64,000 bases of DNA from Marsupella aquatica. Taxonomy: Eukaryota > Plantae > Marchantiophyta. The position numbers were made by a program, and so were the translations under genes. The stretch spans positions 22,959,722-23,023,721 of the forward strand of contig OZ316896.1 of the NCBI GenBank assembly GCA_973895155.1, read 5' to 3'. The notes under the pieces are model-generated. The model was given only the letters and a program-made list of their open reading frames with translations. It searched no databases and was not told the origin of the DNA. This document shows, one piece after another, positions 1 to 12,902 of this stretch (the first letter of the stretch is position 1; the number at the start of each line of letters is the position of its first letter).

Positions 1-3000
1 CAAACACCAAGCCATGAAGCAGAGGCAATACTGAAAATCTAGGATCCGAAAGAGGAATTACAAGAACTAAAGGGAAAAGAACTACCATTGCATTGATAGT
101 TATAGCGACAGAGACAAGAAACAAGTAAACCAGGAAAAAAAATTCCTGTTTTTAATATGCTGTTACTAGCAAAAAATCACTGTTACCAGCAAAAATGACA
201 ATTTAAAAATATCTCCTAACAGGTCTCATTTTCCAAAAAAAACTAACAATACAACATGTTGGCTAGCTTTGGATGCTAGCAAAAACAAATTGTAAAAAAA
301 ATTAAAAACTTTTTTTCTCAAAAATCAAATTTCAAAAAAACAATTCCAAAAAAATTGTCACCCATTTTCCTGTTACCAATTTTCTTCCTGTTACCATTTT
401 TTTCCTTGTTACCATTTTTTTTCAGTAACCAATCCAATTATTTTCCAATTTAAAAACAAAGCTATTTAATCCCCCTCCCCTTGCCCCCCCACTCTCCCTA
501 GTATCGAACACACGCATTATTTTGTACCCTTCCCCCACTCACATCTACCTCCTTCCTAAAATGAAGAAGAAGCACCCCATTCCCTCTCTCCTTCCAAAAG
601 AACCCGTATCTTATGGCCCTTTTCTTTGCCCCATCTTTGCTTTGCAAATGACCAAACTAAGGGCAAACTGAAACAAAAAATAGTAATCTAAGAGAATGAT
701 GTGACGTTTAGCCAGTTGCACCGGCCATAGGCCCCACAATAGGTTTAAACCACTATTATCCCCAACGCAAAACATGGTGCATTCAGGTTACTACAATTAG
801 CCAATTATGTTCTTAACATAGTAAGAAAGTGCACTAATTTGTTCTTTAGGGGACAGTGGTGGCTAAAACACACCAATGAAACACCCCAACCCCCAACCCC
901 CACCCACACCATAACAAGCCCATGCAACAAGACAACCAAGACACATTTCAAACAGATTTCTCCTATTTAATTTCCCCCGGTATTTTCCTTTAATCTTTCT
1001 AAACAAACTTTAAATGATTTGCTCCTAATCCCTCCTCTCTTGTGTCCAAACAGATTTTAAAAAGATTCCTTCCTTTTTCCCTCCTCGTCTCTATGTAGAC
1101 AAATTGAAAAACATTCTCTCCTATTTCCTCCCCTTTATTATATAAAACATTCCCAAAGAACAAAAGGGCCTAAGTAGCAGGAGACGGGATACCAAAGGGG
1201 GAAAACCCAATAAAGAGAAAGGACCATCATTTATACAGAAAGGAACAAGTTACAAAGTACAATGAAGGCAAAGCAAAAGAGGTCCAAAGAGGACAAACAC
1301 CAAACACTTAAAAAGAGGCAAATGTCCAACCAGTAAGAAACCTAGTTTAATTAATTTTCCTAAATATTTTCCTTTTGATCAACAAGTGAACAAGAAGAAG
1401 AAGAAAGAAAAAAGAAAAAAACAATGAAAAGGAGCTACCACTTCACTAGTGTGATCAACCAATTGTACACAGCTAAGGCAAATATGCAAGACTGAGCTAA
1501 ATAATGGTCCACATCCAGTGTAGTCCCTAAATCTGCAAGTCAGACAGGGATGTCCTGTAAGCCAGGGGGCAAACCTCTGCTGGAGCCAGTGCGGGAGGCA
1601 CACTATCTAGCACCCACCATGAGAGATGGATGTTGGATCGCTTCAACTTGAGTGTATTGTAACGTGACTGATTTGGATGATAAATGGGCATGGTCAAACT
1701 AGATAGCAGAGATCTGCCCATGTCAAAGAAGCCCATCAAAATTATGATGATGAAGCAACTATTTGTCAAAGAAGCCCATCAAAATGATGATGAAGCTGCC
1801 AAAATATCTAAGAGTAAGGGGGATGAAGCTACTAGATAAAGCACATGCAACATATTTTGTCTTTGTTATCTCGTTTGTTATTGCTCCCTGTGAAGCTGCT
1901 GCCCATGCCATTATTGCTGCTATCCCGATGATGTCTTGGCCTAGACTGAGGGTTGGGCACCACAACATCAGCCAAGGTACGTTGGCATGGTATGGACTTA
2001 GATCATCCCATATTAACCGATATGGTGGAGGACCAGGAAAACAAGCATCACTTCCCTCCGCACAATCATGTACCAATCATGCAAAGTCCCAGAGAAAATG
2101 TGACCACACAACATCATGAACAATTATGGTCTCACCACCCAAACTCCATCAAGGGATAGGTACCCGTGTGATGGGAATCAAACCTTGATTCCCACATGCG
2201 TAGGAAGCAGGTAAGCCTAGAAAAAGTCAGTGGGTTACCCATACAAAGATGCATATATGTATTTATATCCTTTAAAGACATCTGCAAGTGAGGAATGGAT
2301 GGGCCTGAAGCCACCCCCTCTCCACCCTTCCCTCCAAAGGAAAGGAACAAACTGGGGAAACCAATGACACAAGCTACCCAAGAGCCACAAAGCCAAGTGT
2401 CAAAGAACAAATTAAAGGCCTAGGGAGCCACAAAAGGAAAAGTCTATGTATGGCTCCTTTGTTCTTTGAAGGGAAGACCTAGGGAGCCACAAATTGAAAA
2501 GTCTGTATGTTCGTTTGTTCTTGGCACTATTTTATATAACTAAGGCCCAAAGTAACCACAAATTGAAAAGCTTGTGGTTCCTTTTGTTCTTGTAGTGTTT
2601 TATATAATTATTCTTATCACTTCTCTACACCTTAGCCTTTCCACCCTCTACTTTCGTACTTTAGTACAGTACTATATATTGTCCTTGAATTATTTTCTAA
2701 AGCGACAACAATCTTTCCAACCAATTATGCTTTTGAGTTAATCTCAAATTTTAGTCCCGATTTTAGTCTGATAAATATACAACATGATCTGAAATGAAAA
2801 GAGACAGCTCTCACCCTTGACTCTCACATGCAAGAAGCCAAATAAACAGTACTTTTATTTCTATGATTGATCCAAAATATCTAAGGGTTTTGAAAAATCT
2901 GATTGGTAATTTTCTGTGATTTTATACATTTCTGAAAGTCTCCAAAACTAGTTAGTTTAAGGCTTTTATTTATTATGCTCTTTGTTCACTGAGACTGTTC

Positions 3001-3394
3001 ACTGAGTGTTTTCCAAACATACAATTTAAATTTTTACTTAATGTTGAACCTATTTGATACAGTGTTTTCTATGGTCATAGTATTAGTAATCATATTAAAT
3101 GTTTTCCCACGCCTGACAATACAAAGAAGCTGAGGTATTTCCTTTACAAGGAATATGGCATCTCCTATGTTTCCCCTCTTATAATAGGTCTACAATTATA
3201 CGGTTGAACATGTGCTTGCAAAGCAACCCTAGCTACCTTAATCCTCTACCTAATAAGTAATAAGCTCAGTGTGTGAAATGCAAAATCATTATTATGAGAT
3301 GCCTTTCATTTGCATAGATGTGATGACCGGGGTCATGACACTAGTTTATAGTCACTCAGTGTGAACCAGTACTGAACGTGCATAATTAAGACTA

Positions 3395-4690
3395 CTGTCT
3401 TCCCCCGAACACAACGCCCGGGGCGCTGTCCGGGGGCGCTGTGTTCGAAAATAGTCAAAACAGGGACTTTAGGCAAAAATGACATTCAAGTGACTATAGG
3501 AGAAAGGTAACCGGCTTGCAACTACTATACGTTACTTTAAAATCGTCCTACACATCCGCTCTTTCAACTTACGAAATCCATCGTCCTTTGAGAAATGTAA
3601 TCTAATTTCAAAATCCTTCATTCTCGAAGAAGTGTGCGCTGTTTCCAAAATGTTAAGCAGTAATCTGGAAGTATCGATATATTGTTCTGTTGTGTGAACT
3701 TTTGACAGACTTTCACATCAACCTCTGACTGATGCCGCGATGTCTCGTCCAAGAAACCCGTAGTACCTACGTGCATAATTAGGTCTGACTACTCACTTTC
3801 TCTATTTTCAATTTTCCATTGCCTTCAAGATCAAGGCACTCCAATAGAAGCAAAGCAGTCTCACGAACATTCCACACTGCATGAAGAAAGATCAAATAAT
3901 TATAGAACTGAGAAAATTGGCCACAGTAAACCAAACAACTGTGAAAAGTGGACAAATATGTTTTACTAACAAAGTGATAATAGTACACTTGGTATGTATG
4001 TTTGTCAGGTTTTGTTTTCTGTTGCAAATTTGATTTCTCCCCTTGTGTAATTTCAGTGGTTCAATTATTTAGCTACACATCCTTTGATTGAGAAAATATT
4101 GTTGGGAAGTCAAAAAACCAAAACTTTCAGAACACACTTCTATGCCTATCATTCCTACTTACACTTTACATGCATCTCACAATGCCAAAATTCAAGCACA
4201 TTTATTACCTTAAATTTGAACATAACCCCACATTTTGAAGACAACGTCACATTTCAAACACAGGCCAAAAAATGAAAACATTGACTTCAAACTTGAACCT
4301 TGGGGGTTTCACTTCCACAAAAATGGCATATCACGTGCGACGAAGGATAGGGTCATTTTATTGGTTCTAAGGGAAGACTTAAGAATTTTTGTAGAAGAAC
4401 AATAGGGTCTTTTTAATTCAATTTTGAGACTTATAAGAACATTAGGGTCTTTTTAATCCAATTTTTAGAAAATTCCAAGAATATTCCAAATTTATAGGGG
4501 TTAATTTTTTTTTAAAAATTCCTACATTTTAGGGGGTCCGAGGCCTAAAAACGTCGCAGGCCATGGGAGGTCCCCATATAGTGAGACCCCTGAGACTTGA
4601 ACACAACGCCCTGGTGCTATATTCGAATAGAGCGCCCCTTGGCTCACTATTCAAATATAGCGCCCAGGCCTTGTGTTTGGGGGAAGATGG
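3395..4690. mobile_element. Non-autonomous Tc1/mariner (pogo-like) element with ~30-bp imperfect TIRs, containing a nested MITE
   Basis: Left end is TA|CTGTCTTCCCCCGAACACAACGCCCGGGGCG. The reverse complement of the right end is TA|CCATCTTCCCCCAAACACAAGGCCTGGGCG. Both ends are flanked by TA. No transposase ORF is recognisable inside. Confidence 0.65.
4299..4594 (+). mobile_element. ~296-bp MITE with 8-bp TSD (hAT-like), subfamily B
   Basis: TIRs CTTGGGGGTTTCAC / GTGAGACCCCTGAG; perfect 8-bp direct repeat ACTTGAAC at 4291-4298 and 4595-4602; AT-rich interior. Confidence 0.85.
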
Positions 4691-6143
4691 TAGTACTCTA
4701 GAGACTGAATGTGGTGACAACATTCAAAAATCTGTTCTTGGACAGCACCAGAAGAAAGCCATCTTCTCCTTTACCCAATCTATTTTTTTTGAGTAGCCAA
4801 ACAAGCACCTTGCGAGAGCCAAAAATGGACCTCATGAGTAAAAATGGACTATATGCAATAGAGGTCACAGTGGACAAACACCAAAGTCAAAACAAGGGGA
4901 CAAACAAGGACAAACCCCAGACACCTAGAAAGAGTAAAAATAACAAGAGATGAAAACTCACCCCTTCAATAATGTGATAAGGTAATAATGTATAGTGTAT
5001 TATTACACTAGATAATACTTGGTGAGGTGATGGTCCATATCTAGACAGTGTAATAATTAATACATGTTGAGGTAATGGCCCCGGGAATGGCCCACATCAA
5101 GTGTTATATTTTATAAAGAACATATTTGTGATTTTAGAATGGGAATATGTTTTTGTCTACTAGACTTCCAATTTTAAGAACAAACCAGAAACAAAAAGCT
5201 AGCCTGGATGGACCAAGTATTGTTCCTGCCCATCCCCGTGCATTGCGTAAAGAGACTGTCGCTTTTACACTGCAAAGAAAAACAAACTTGTCCATCCGGG
5301 CTTTACTTTCAAACAAACCATCTGGGTTTTTTTAAGTTAAGTTCAAAAAATGATGCTCCCATGGACAGAGCTTGTGGACCATGCAATCTGCAAGGACGTG
5401 ACACCTTATACACCTTACTCATTGACATATGCCCTTCTCATTTCCAACAAGTTGCCTAGCCCTCCAGCACTTAGTCACGGAACTCGACTACCTTAACACT
5501 TAGCTCCTGCGTCGCTGACTCCGACGCTGAGCTCCTTAATGGTCCAGGCCCGGATAGGCCATCCAGAGAGGACTTAGCATGGGGAGACTTGTGGGCAATG
5601 GGACGTGGCACTAGCAAAGGCAAGGCGCCAAGCTGGTGTCACGCACTAAGGACTTAGACGAGCTGAGAGCTGGTCGGGTCGAGGGGAAAAGGGCCGGGCT
5701 CAAAGTTGACCGCCCGGACCCCCGGACGGAATTTGAGTTCCGAGGGCTTGAGTGAGAGCTCCTCTTGGGCCCAAGGCCAATGGAGTTGACTCCATGGGCA
5801 ATAGACATTCATTTGGGGCGCGAGTTATGGTCCGATCCGGGTTTGGCCGATCAGGGGCACCAAGTGGCAATGAGATTTGAGGGCCTAGGCATGAGCATTG
5901 GGTCGGCCCGATCACAACGGGCCAAGGCACTCCGCTTGCGGGCGCCTAACTAGGAAGTTATGGGCGTTGCCAGTTGGTGGCATGCCCAGACATGCGGGTT
6001 GGGGTCCAGGTTGGGGGCCAAAACTTTGGGGACCAAAGTTGGTTCGGGGACGGAGGTCTCCAGAAGCACATATGAGGGGAGTGGTGTCTCCCTGGGAGCT
6101 AAGGGCGAGCCAAAATCGTGAGCCACGGCGGTCGCGACACTAA

Positions 6144-6443
6144 CCCGGGGTCCTCACTTATTTTCTTCCGACCATCACGCGCAAATAAGTATAGAGTTTT
6201 TTTATTGGGTTTAGTGAAATACTTTTAAATTTTTGTTGAAGAACATTAGGGTTTACTCCAATCTTGAGAATTATAAGAATCTAGGGTTTTTTTAAATCAA
6301 ATATGGGAATATTCTTGGAATATTCAATTAAGTTAGGGGTAAAAAAATTCCTAAAAAAACTTTATTGACTTAACTTTTAGGGTGTTTATTCCCCCAAAAC
6401 TTAGAGCGTGATATGGGACACCCCTTGGATTGAGGCCCCCGAG
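6144..6443 (+). mobile_element. 300-bp MITE with 8-bp TSD, subfamily A
   Basis: TIRs CCCGGGGTCCTCA / TGAGGCCCCCGAG; flanks GACACTAA / GACATTAA (1 mismatch); near-identical to the copy at 23454-23758. Confidence 0.85.
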
Positions 6444-7956
6444 GACATTAAGGGAAACCGCCAAACAGAAATGGCGAGAACTTCCCAACGAGAAGTTCGT
6501 TGGGGGATTTCTTGGGTGCATTGGAAAGATCTCAAAGAGGGCTAAATCCTCATTAGCTCAGCTGGGTCTGGGGGTGCCATAGGTTCTAGAGGTTTGCGGG
6601 TGCTATCTCGCCCGCTTGCCAAATCCTATCAAAATAGTAGCCAAGCCGTGTTCAGTCTCTCAAGGGAGCTTGCATTGGGGAGGCAAGGCCAAGTAGGCAT
6701 GTAGGTTGATTTTCAAGGGCACTTGGCCCCTAGACCATCAGTGGGGTGAGAACCGGGAGTTGGTTGCTAAAGTCGGGGCCATTCTGGTAGGGACTATAAG
6801 CTTGGGACAAGCTTTAGGACAAGCTACGTTATTTGGGCCCCCTGGGCCCTAAGCGTTACTAATACAGGGAGGATGTGCGAACATCGCAAGGGTATTTTTA
6901 ATGTAATGCAAACTAATTTTTATAATAGTTTTTAAAGTAGGCAACATCCCTGTATATATATTCAGCACAATATTAGTAATAAGGCTCTTATCAAATACAT
7001 GTCACATTAATCTTATGCAAGGGTACCCAAAATGCCAAGTACACGCGTCACTATATGGTTGGCACACATGTCATCACTGTACTTGCGCACATGTTCATAT
7101 AGTAAATCAGACATTTAATTATTTGTCGTCATAAGGCAAATTTGGTTTCGTGGGCTTTAGGAACACTGAGAGGATAGTGCAGCCATGCTTGTCTGTATAC
7201 TACAGGAAGAACTATAACTCTCTGGTACTAATTTTGTTTAACTATATAAAATATGTACCCTAAACAAAGGCGTAACATACAAGTCCCCTATGCAAAATAA
7301 AGTCTTATCTATTTCAGTATGATATTTGCAATTTTAAAAATTCAAGGATGTTTTCAATTCCTTGAAAAACTATATTATAATTTACAAAAGGATAAAATTT
7401 AATAGAAAAAGTTAATATTTTTACATTAACAAGGGGATTTTTTTTGTGAACAAAAATATTAAGAAGGGGTACATGGGGGGTGTCTGTTCTCAGGGGGGTT
7501 CACTTTATATAGTAAGAGTGAGGGCCCAGGGTTTGGGCCATGAGTATATCCTAGGGGAAGAGCGGTCAGTTGGTGATGGATAGATACGAGGGGGAACCCG
7601 GGCTGCGGCCAAGGAAGGAGCTATTCTGGATGAATAGTGGGTGTCGGTTCTGGTTTCGGCTGGCATCGGGAGGACCTATCGCTAAGTAAACCTACTTACC
7701 AATTTCTGTTGAGCTTGAGTTAAGATGCTAGACTTGGGAGATCTAGATCCTGAAGGGTTACTTACTGAGACATTTGGTTGCTTGTGTAGACAGTGAGGAC
7801 CGTTGAGTAGCAATCATGTTGGAGAGCAAGTGCGGCTTTGTATGTGAGGGGCCGCTGGTGGTGCAAGGGCACTAGGTTGCTTGCTCGAGGTATTCAGTGG
7901 AGGTGTTTGGAACCAACCCCAACACCGTGGAGGTTGAGTTCCAATGGCACTTAGGT

Positions 7957-7989
7957 GGCCAAAAGCAAGCTAGAGGGGGTCTAATTTGA
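7957..7989 (+). repeat. Left terminal inverted repeat of the Sola-like element
   Basis: GGCCAAAAGCAAGCTAGAGGGGGTCTAATTTGA, followed by an inverted partial copy AAATAATACCCCTC (~7993-8006). Confidence 0.9.
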
Positions 7990-8740
7990 GCAAAATAATA
8001 CCCCTCCTAATACCACCCCTACCACAAAGCTCATAGTACAGTTAGTACTACAAGTCATGTAATGATGAGGGAGGAGGTTGTTGCAAGTACAATCACGTTG
8101 GAGGGAGGAAGGGCCGAAAAGACATTACTACCGTAACCTCCTATCATTTCAAAATTAGAAAGGTCAGCAAATCCGGACCGTGCCGTGGTGGCAATGAAGA
8201 TCAATGGTGGTGGTTGAGGGAGTAGCATTGTTGGATCTTGACCCTTCCTGCTGAAGGATGATCCAAACCGTAGCATTGCCTGCAATCAAGGGAGACATGG
8301 GCGCAAAGTGCGCACTTCCTTTCTATTTCCTTTTTGTCGCGTTGAATCAACTTTCACGATGCGTACTCCAGTTTGAATGTTGCGCAATGTGCCAGTTGGA
8401 GAAGACCGCAACATTGTGATCCTTGATTAGGTAGCAGGGGAGGGAATGCGGGAGGGAATGACATTGCATTTTGGCGCAGGAAGTTGCTTTTAGTCGAGGG
8501 CTGCAAGCATTTGATTCTCTGGAACTTTTTGCATTCTCGTTTGCGTTGTGGAGATTGAAGAGTTACAGGACCTGAGCTACAATTTTGAAAGTTGAGGACA
8601 TTCGGAAAGTTGCTCTGATTGTTTTCTTCCCCACTTGTTTAATATTGAATGTCTTCTATGATCTAGGCCACGCATTAGGCACACATTCAATCTTTTCAAA
8701 TAAGATGACATTGAACTCACATTCTTGTGTTGTAATTCAG

Positions 8741-11443
8741 GCGCAAGGCACTGGAAGGGACGAGTCAGACTCTGGAGTAACGTGCTTTCAAGGGACTCGG
8801 GCGGAGTCGCATAGCGCAGGTTTGCGCCCAAATAGTTTGTTGCCAACACTTGGAGCGAGCAGCTGGGAGAACTCAAGCTACACAGCAGGTATGTCTTCTG
8901 AAATGCCTGGAAAGTCCACGAGTCACAAGCTACCACCGAAATCACACGGTGAGAGTCTTGTAAAGGTCCCCTCATCAGAAGAGTGGACAGTTGATGAGTT
9001 TGTGAAGGACATCGATCATTTCCACGATGTCCTTGGCTTGCCCAATGTGGGAAGCATTCCGAAGGAGCTCACAAGTGAAGACGTGTCTGCTGAGGTGTTG
9101 GAGGAGTATTTTGGGAACAAGTCTGGGAAGAACGGCTACAAGAAGGATGGCGTTAAGGGGATTCCTGCCGACGACATCGCCATGCTTACCTGTGCGTTGG
9201 ACCGAATCGGAAAGTTTCAACCATACACTGTGGAGGTTGCCAAAGGTTTGTACTATATGAGCGGATCTTAAAAAGACCTGTGAATTGGGCAACTTGTGGT
9301 GCAGACAAGCATAGAGGGCAGCTTCGGTTGAGGTTTGTAAGGAAGTCTCCAATCGATAGAAACTCGCCACCGTGGAAGAGGATTGAGACAAAGTATATCC
9401 CTCCTCTAGACCTCTTCAATAGAATACAGTCCGTTGCGAGTGGAGCACATTGTGAATCACCTGGGGAGGAGAAACCGGCAAACCTAGAGCTCAAGTCACC
9501 CGAAGCCTCGGGTCCTCATTCGAGTAGTCAAAACTTCCCGCAAAACATGAACCAATTGCAGCAAGATACAATATCTCCAGGTAAGGTGTTAGGACTAGAG
9601 GCAAATGAGCAAGAGCAAGGTGAGTCCCTTTCTCAGGTAGGTGGTCCGAATCATGAAATGTCACCAAAAAATAGTTTCATAGGTTTTCCAGAAGCTCAAA
9701 CCAAAAATCTTTGCACTGGAGTCACTACTGGCACGCCAGTTCCACACCATAAGAATACACTTCTTGAAACAATGTTGGAGGTAGTGGAGGCTAGTCTTGC
9801 AGAGCTTGGCCCTGAAATGCAGAAGTCTACACAAGATGCCATTCAATTCACAGCAGCTCAGAATGAGGCTACTGATTGAATCAACTCAATTCAAACGACA
9901 TTGTCAAGGTTGAAAGTGCAAAAGAATGAACTCACTAATATCATCCACGACGTACAGCGACGCATCCATGCTCAGGTCAAAGAGCAAGCTCAAGTATCTG
10001 AGGATCTTGAACTGCTGCAAGATCCTGACGAAGAGCATTCTGAAGACGAGGTAAATGATCTCATTTTGTTTAAAGCTACATTTGTTTTCATATTATCTTT
10101 GTTGAATGTGATTTTCAGTTGCTTATAACAATCCTGTTGTGTTGGCCGGGACTTGTGTAGGCACTTTGCAAAGGGTTGCGAGAAAAATATGTCTCGTGTT
10201 GCAATGAAACAAATATACTGCAAGCAAACTTGGCTGCTTCAAAGCAGAAGCGCATTGATGTAGTCGCAGATGCTCAAGTTCTTATGAAAGAGTTGAATAA
10301 GTTGGATGAGGAACAGGAGTATGGGAAACAGACCTTGCACAAGCTAGATCATACAGCATACAAATTGACAAAGTCCTATGATGCTCTCAATCTAGAGTGC
10401 GCAAGACTAAAGGAGCACTTGAATACCTCTCATGCAATTTGTGTATGCCCTATTAGTATCATTTGTCCTGCGCAGACAGAGGAGGCTTATTTTCCCATAA
10501 GCGAATGCCCTGTTTGCTCTCTTGGCTTCTTTTGTAACAATTGGATTCCCACATCATGTGGACATTGCTATCATCCAAGTTGTTTGTTCCCGTTGCTTCG
10601 AAACGGTGACAGTAAACCTCCTAAGTGTTTAGCCTGTGCTGAAGTGTTTCATCCAGCCTGGCTGAAGTGCTGGGGTTCATCCCGAGTGGACCATCCAGAT
10701 GTAGTGAAGCTAGCAGATGATTGGGGTTTGGAAGAACAATCTATCTCTTTTCAAAAGAGCCTTAGTGATCTGTATTGCAAGAATGCCTTGAATTTAAAGG
10801 GAAGGAGGGAGAATCAAGCCTTGAAGCATAAGAAAGTGACCAAGTTATATTCAAAGGTATATCACTAAACCTGGTCACTCGAGTTGTTGGCATATAGTAT
10901 GATCTGGCTTTGTCGTACATTGGTATTAGCGGGGATATTGGTCAATTGCTAATTGTGGGATATTGTTTTGCGCTGCAGGAAAGTGTGAAGAAGTCTATCG
11001 AATATCATGAGGCTGTTGGTAAAGCTGCACATGTACACCATGAGTTGTTGAGGGTCTCAAAAGTTGACATCAAGTCAGTTCCTACTCTAGTTCAAATGCA
11101 GACTTCAGCCCCGGAGTCCAAGGGTGAGGTGAATCTCTCAATTGTGAAGGTTGAAAAGGGTGCTGCTCCAGAACCTGGTTCGGTCACTCAGGTGGAGAAT
11201 GTCTCTAATGACTCTGAGCCTGGCTCTGAGTCTTGTAAGGGGAGTAGCAAAAAGCGAAAGGCCGAGGAGAAGAATGGCACAAGCTCCTCTCAAGCTAAGG
11301 GGAAGTTAAGGGGTGCTGCTATCAGTCTAGGATTGGATCCTGCTCATGACAAGGGTGGTAATGTTGCCTTAAAGTCAGTTGAAAAGGTTAAACCACCTGT
11401 CAAAGGACGAGGAAGAGGTCGTGGATCAGCTAGGAAATTGTAA
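8741..11443 (+). pseudogene. Transposon passenger gene 1: TE-associated N-terminal domain, coiled coil, RING-H2 finger and basic tail (disrupted)
   Basis: The ORFs can be joined by removing 2 nt in TACTATATGAG (~9255, giving GLYYERILKRPVNWA), reading through an in-frame TGA at 9877-9879, and splicing phase-0 GT-AG introns at 10051-10160 and 10857-10978. RING-H2 is CPVC-x13-CGHCYHPSC-x14-CLAC (~10506-10637). The tail has KKRK and GRGRGRG. The 5' start is uncertain (acceptor at 8740, ATG at 8891). Confidence 0.75.
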
Positions 11444-11759
11444 TAGGTGAGGCTGGGTAATTTAAATAGGACTACTATGTTGACATTGTCGTCTGCCTCT
11501 GAGCATTCATGAACCCTAGATGTCTGTCTAGATACCCAATGTGGATGCATCGATGGTAAATTTTCTTACTCTCCTATTGCTCATCCTTTGTACCAGTCAA
11601 TTTCTATGTATTGTCACAGGTTTATTTGGTTTAGGGTTCACTCACTTCATACATGCATATTATGTAGATTTGAATACTCACTTTACATGCACTACCAGAC
11701 TCAGGTAATTTCTCTGGCTGTGCTTTCATGTCACAGAGTATTTACCTGGTACCTGTGAT

Positions 11760-12240
11760 TGTTACTCTAATACTAAGTATTAGTTTAGTACCTTCGGGTA
11801 TTAGTCTAATACAATAAGGTATTACTGTAAGAGTTTCAGGTGTTAGTCAATTCCTGGTATTTTCATAATACCTCAAGTACTATTATCTCAATACCGTTGA
11901 GTTTTATCTCAATACCATTGAGTATTATCATAATACCATTGAGTATTATCACAATACCGTGTATTATTATCATAATACCTTGTAGTATTGTCACAATACC
12001 GTGTAGTATTATGTAAATACCTTGTAGTATTATGTAAATACCTTGTAGTATTATGTAAATACCTTTGAGTATTATGTACAAGTTACGCGTTTGAGTATTG
12101 TTTCAAATTCCTGCGAGTATTAGTTCAATACCTTTGAGTAGTAGTGTAATCCCTTGAGGATTGTGTCATGTTGTGGTAGTGCAAGCAAGGTTTTGTCATT
12201 GAATATCCATCGGGAATCCTTGAGTATTGATTTGAGTATT
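11760..12240. repeat. Degenerate 21-bp tandem array inside the transposon
   Basis: Units such as ACCTTGTAGTATTATGTAAAT, best preserved at ~11880-12080; explains the spurious (IILxG)n ORF at 11863-12081. Confidence 0.8.
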
Positions 12241-12278
12241 GGACTTGTAGTTTTGCAGGATCTTGTTGACGCAGAAGA

Positions 12279-12902
12279 ATGGGGACTCCTGTAACAGAAG
12301 TTGAGCAGGTCGTGGAAGCAGGGCAGTCTGCTTCATTTTGAGATGTCGTGGTTCATATTGTGAACTTTCATTCAACCTTCCCCCATCCTCGGCGCTTTAT
12401 TTATAAAGCATGCTCACATCGGCTAGGACATGGAGGCATTTGTGGCACATCAAAGGAGCTCGGCCGGCAGGTGTGTGGCCATGCAGGGGAGGGTGTTGAT
12501 ACATATGGTTTTGAAGTTGTGATTGTTGATGCGGTGTTTAAGCAGGCAACCCCCATTCGTGCTGAGATTCGGGATAGCGCTTCAGTCTGGTTGGGGCTAG
12601 GAGCTTCAGACCTACGAGCTTGCACCGAACAGGAGCAGATGGACTACATCCGGGCTGTTGCCTTGCAGTGTCGAAGGTGCTCAGTGGCCTTGGCTGCAAA
12701 AGATGGGGTACTATCAGTGGAAATTTTGTCTCTCCTTGGGGTTCCTACCCATAGTTGGGTCCCCTGGCCTCTCACTGTGACAGTTTCTAGATCCCACCCA
12801 AGGTCCACCAATGTGGAACGATCCCTCGTACCAAGAGGATCTCTCCTTTTGGACCAATTGGAGGGTATTTTAGTCGCACTTCGCCATCAAGGTTTAGATT
12901 AG
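12279..12902 (+). pseudogene. Transposon passenger gene 2: RPA70 C-terminal-like (zinc-ribbon OB-fold) protein with one premature stop
   Basis: ATG at 12279, just after a TTTTGCAG acceptor, is in frame with ORF 12348-12902 except for TGA at 12339-12341. The sequence FIYKACSHRLGHGGICG...VCGH...DTYGFEVVIVD...WLGLGASDL resembles the RPA1 DBD-C pattern (Y.AC....C..K...C..C...Y.l.v.i.D...mG..A..L). Confidence 0.55.

Noticed and set aside
1590-2410. Cluster of short ORFs with a 40-bp local duplication
   Set aside because: No domain similarity or consistent frame.
5460-7950. GC-rich stretch with several short ORFs
   Set aside because: No recognisable domain or termini; probably an old TE remnant, but it cannot be classified.
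8055-8285. Possible fourth gene near the left TIR
   Set aside because: Short, no recognisable motif, and no supporting splice structure.
11863-12081. Hydrophobic 7-aa-repeat ORF
   Set aside because: Translation artefact of the 21-bp tandem array.
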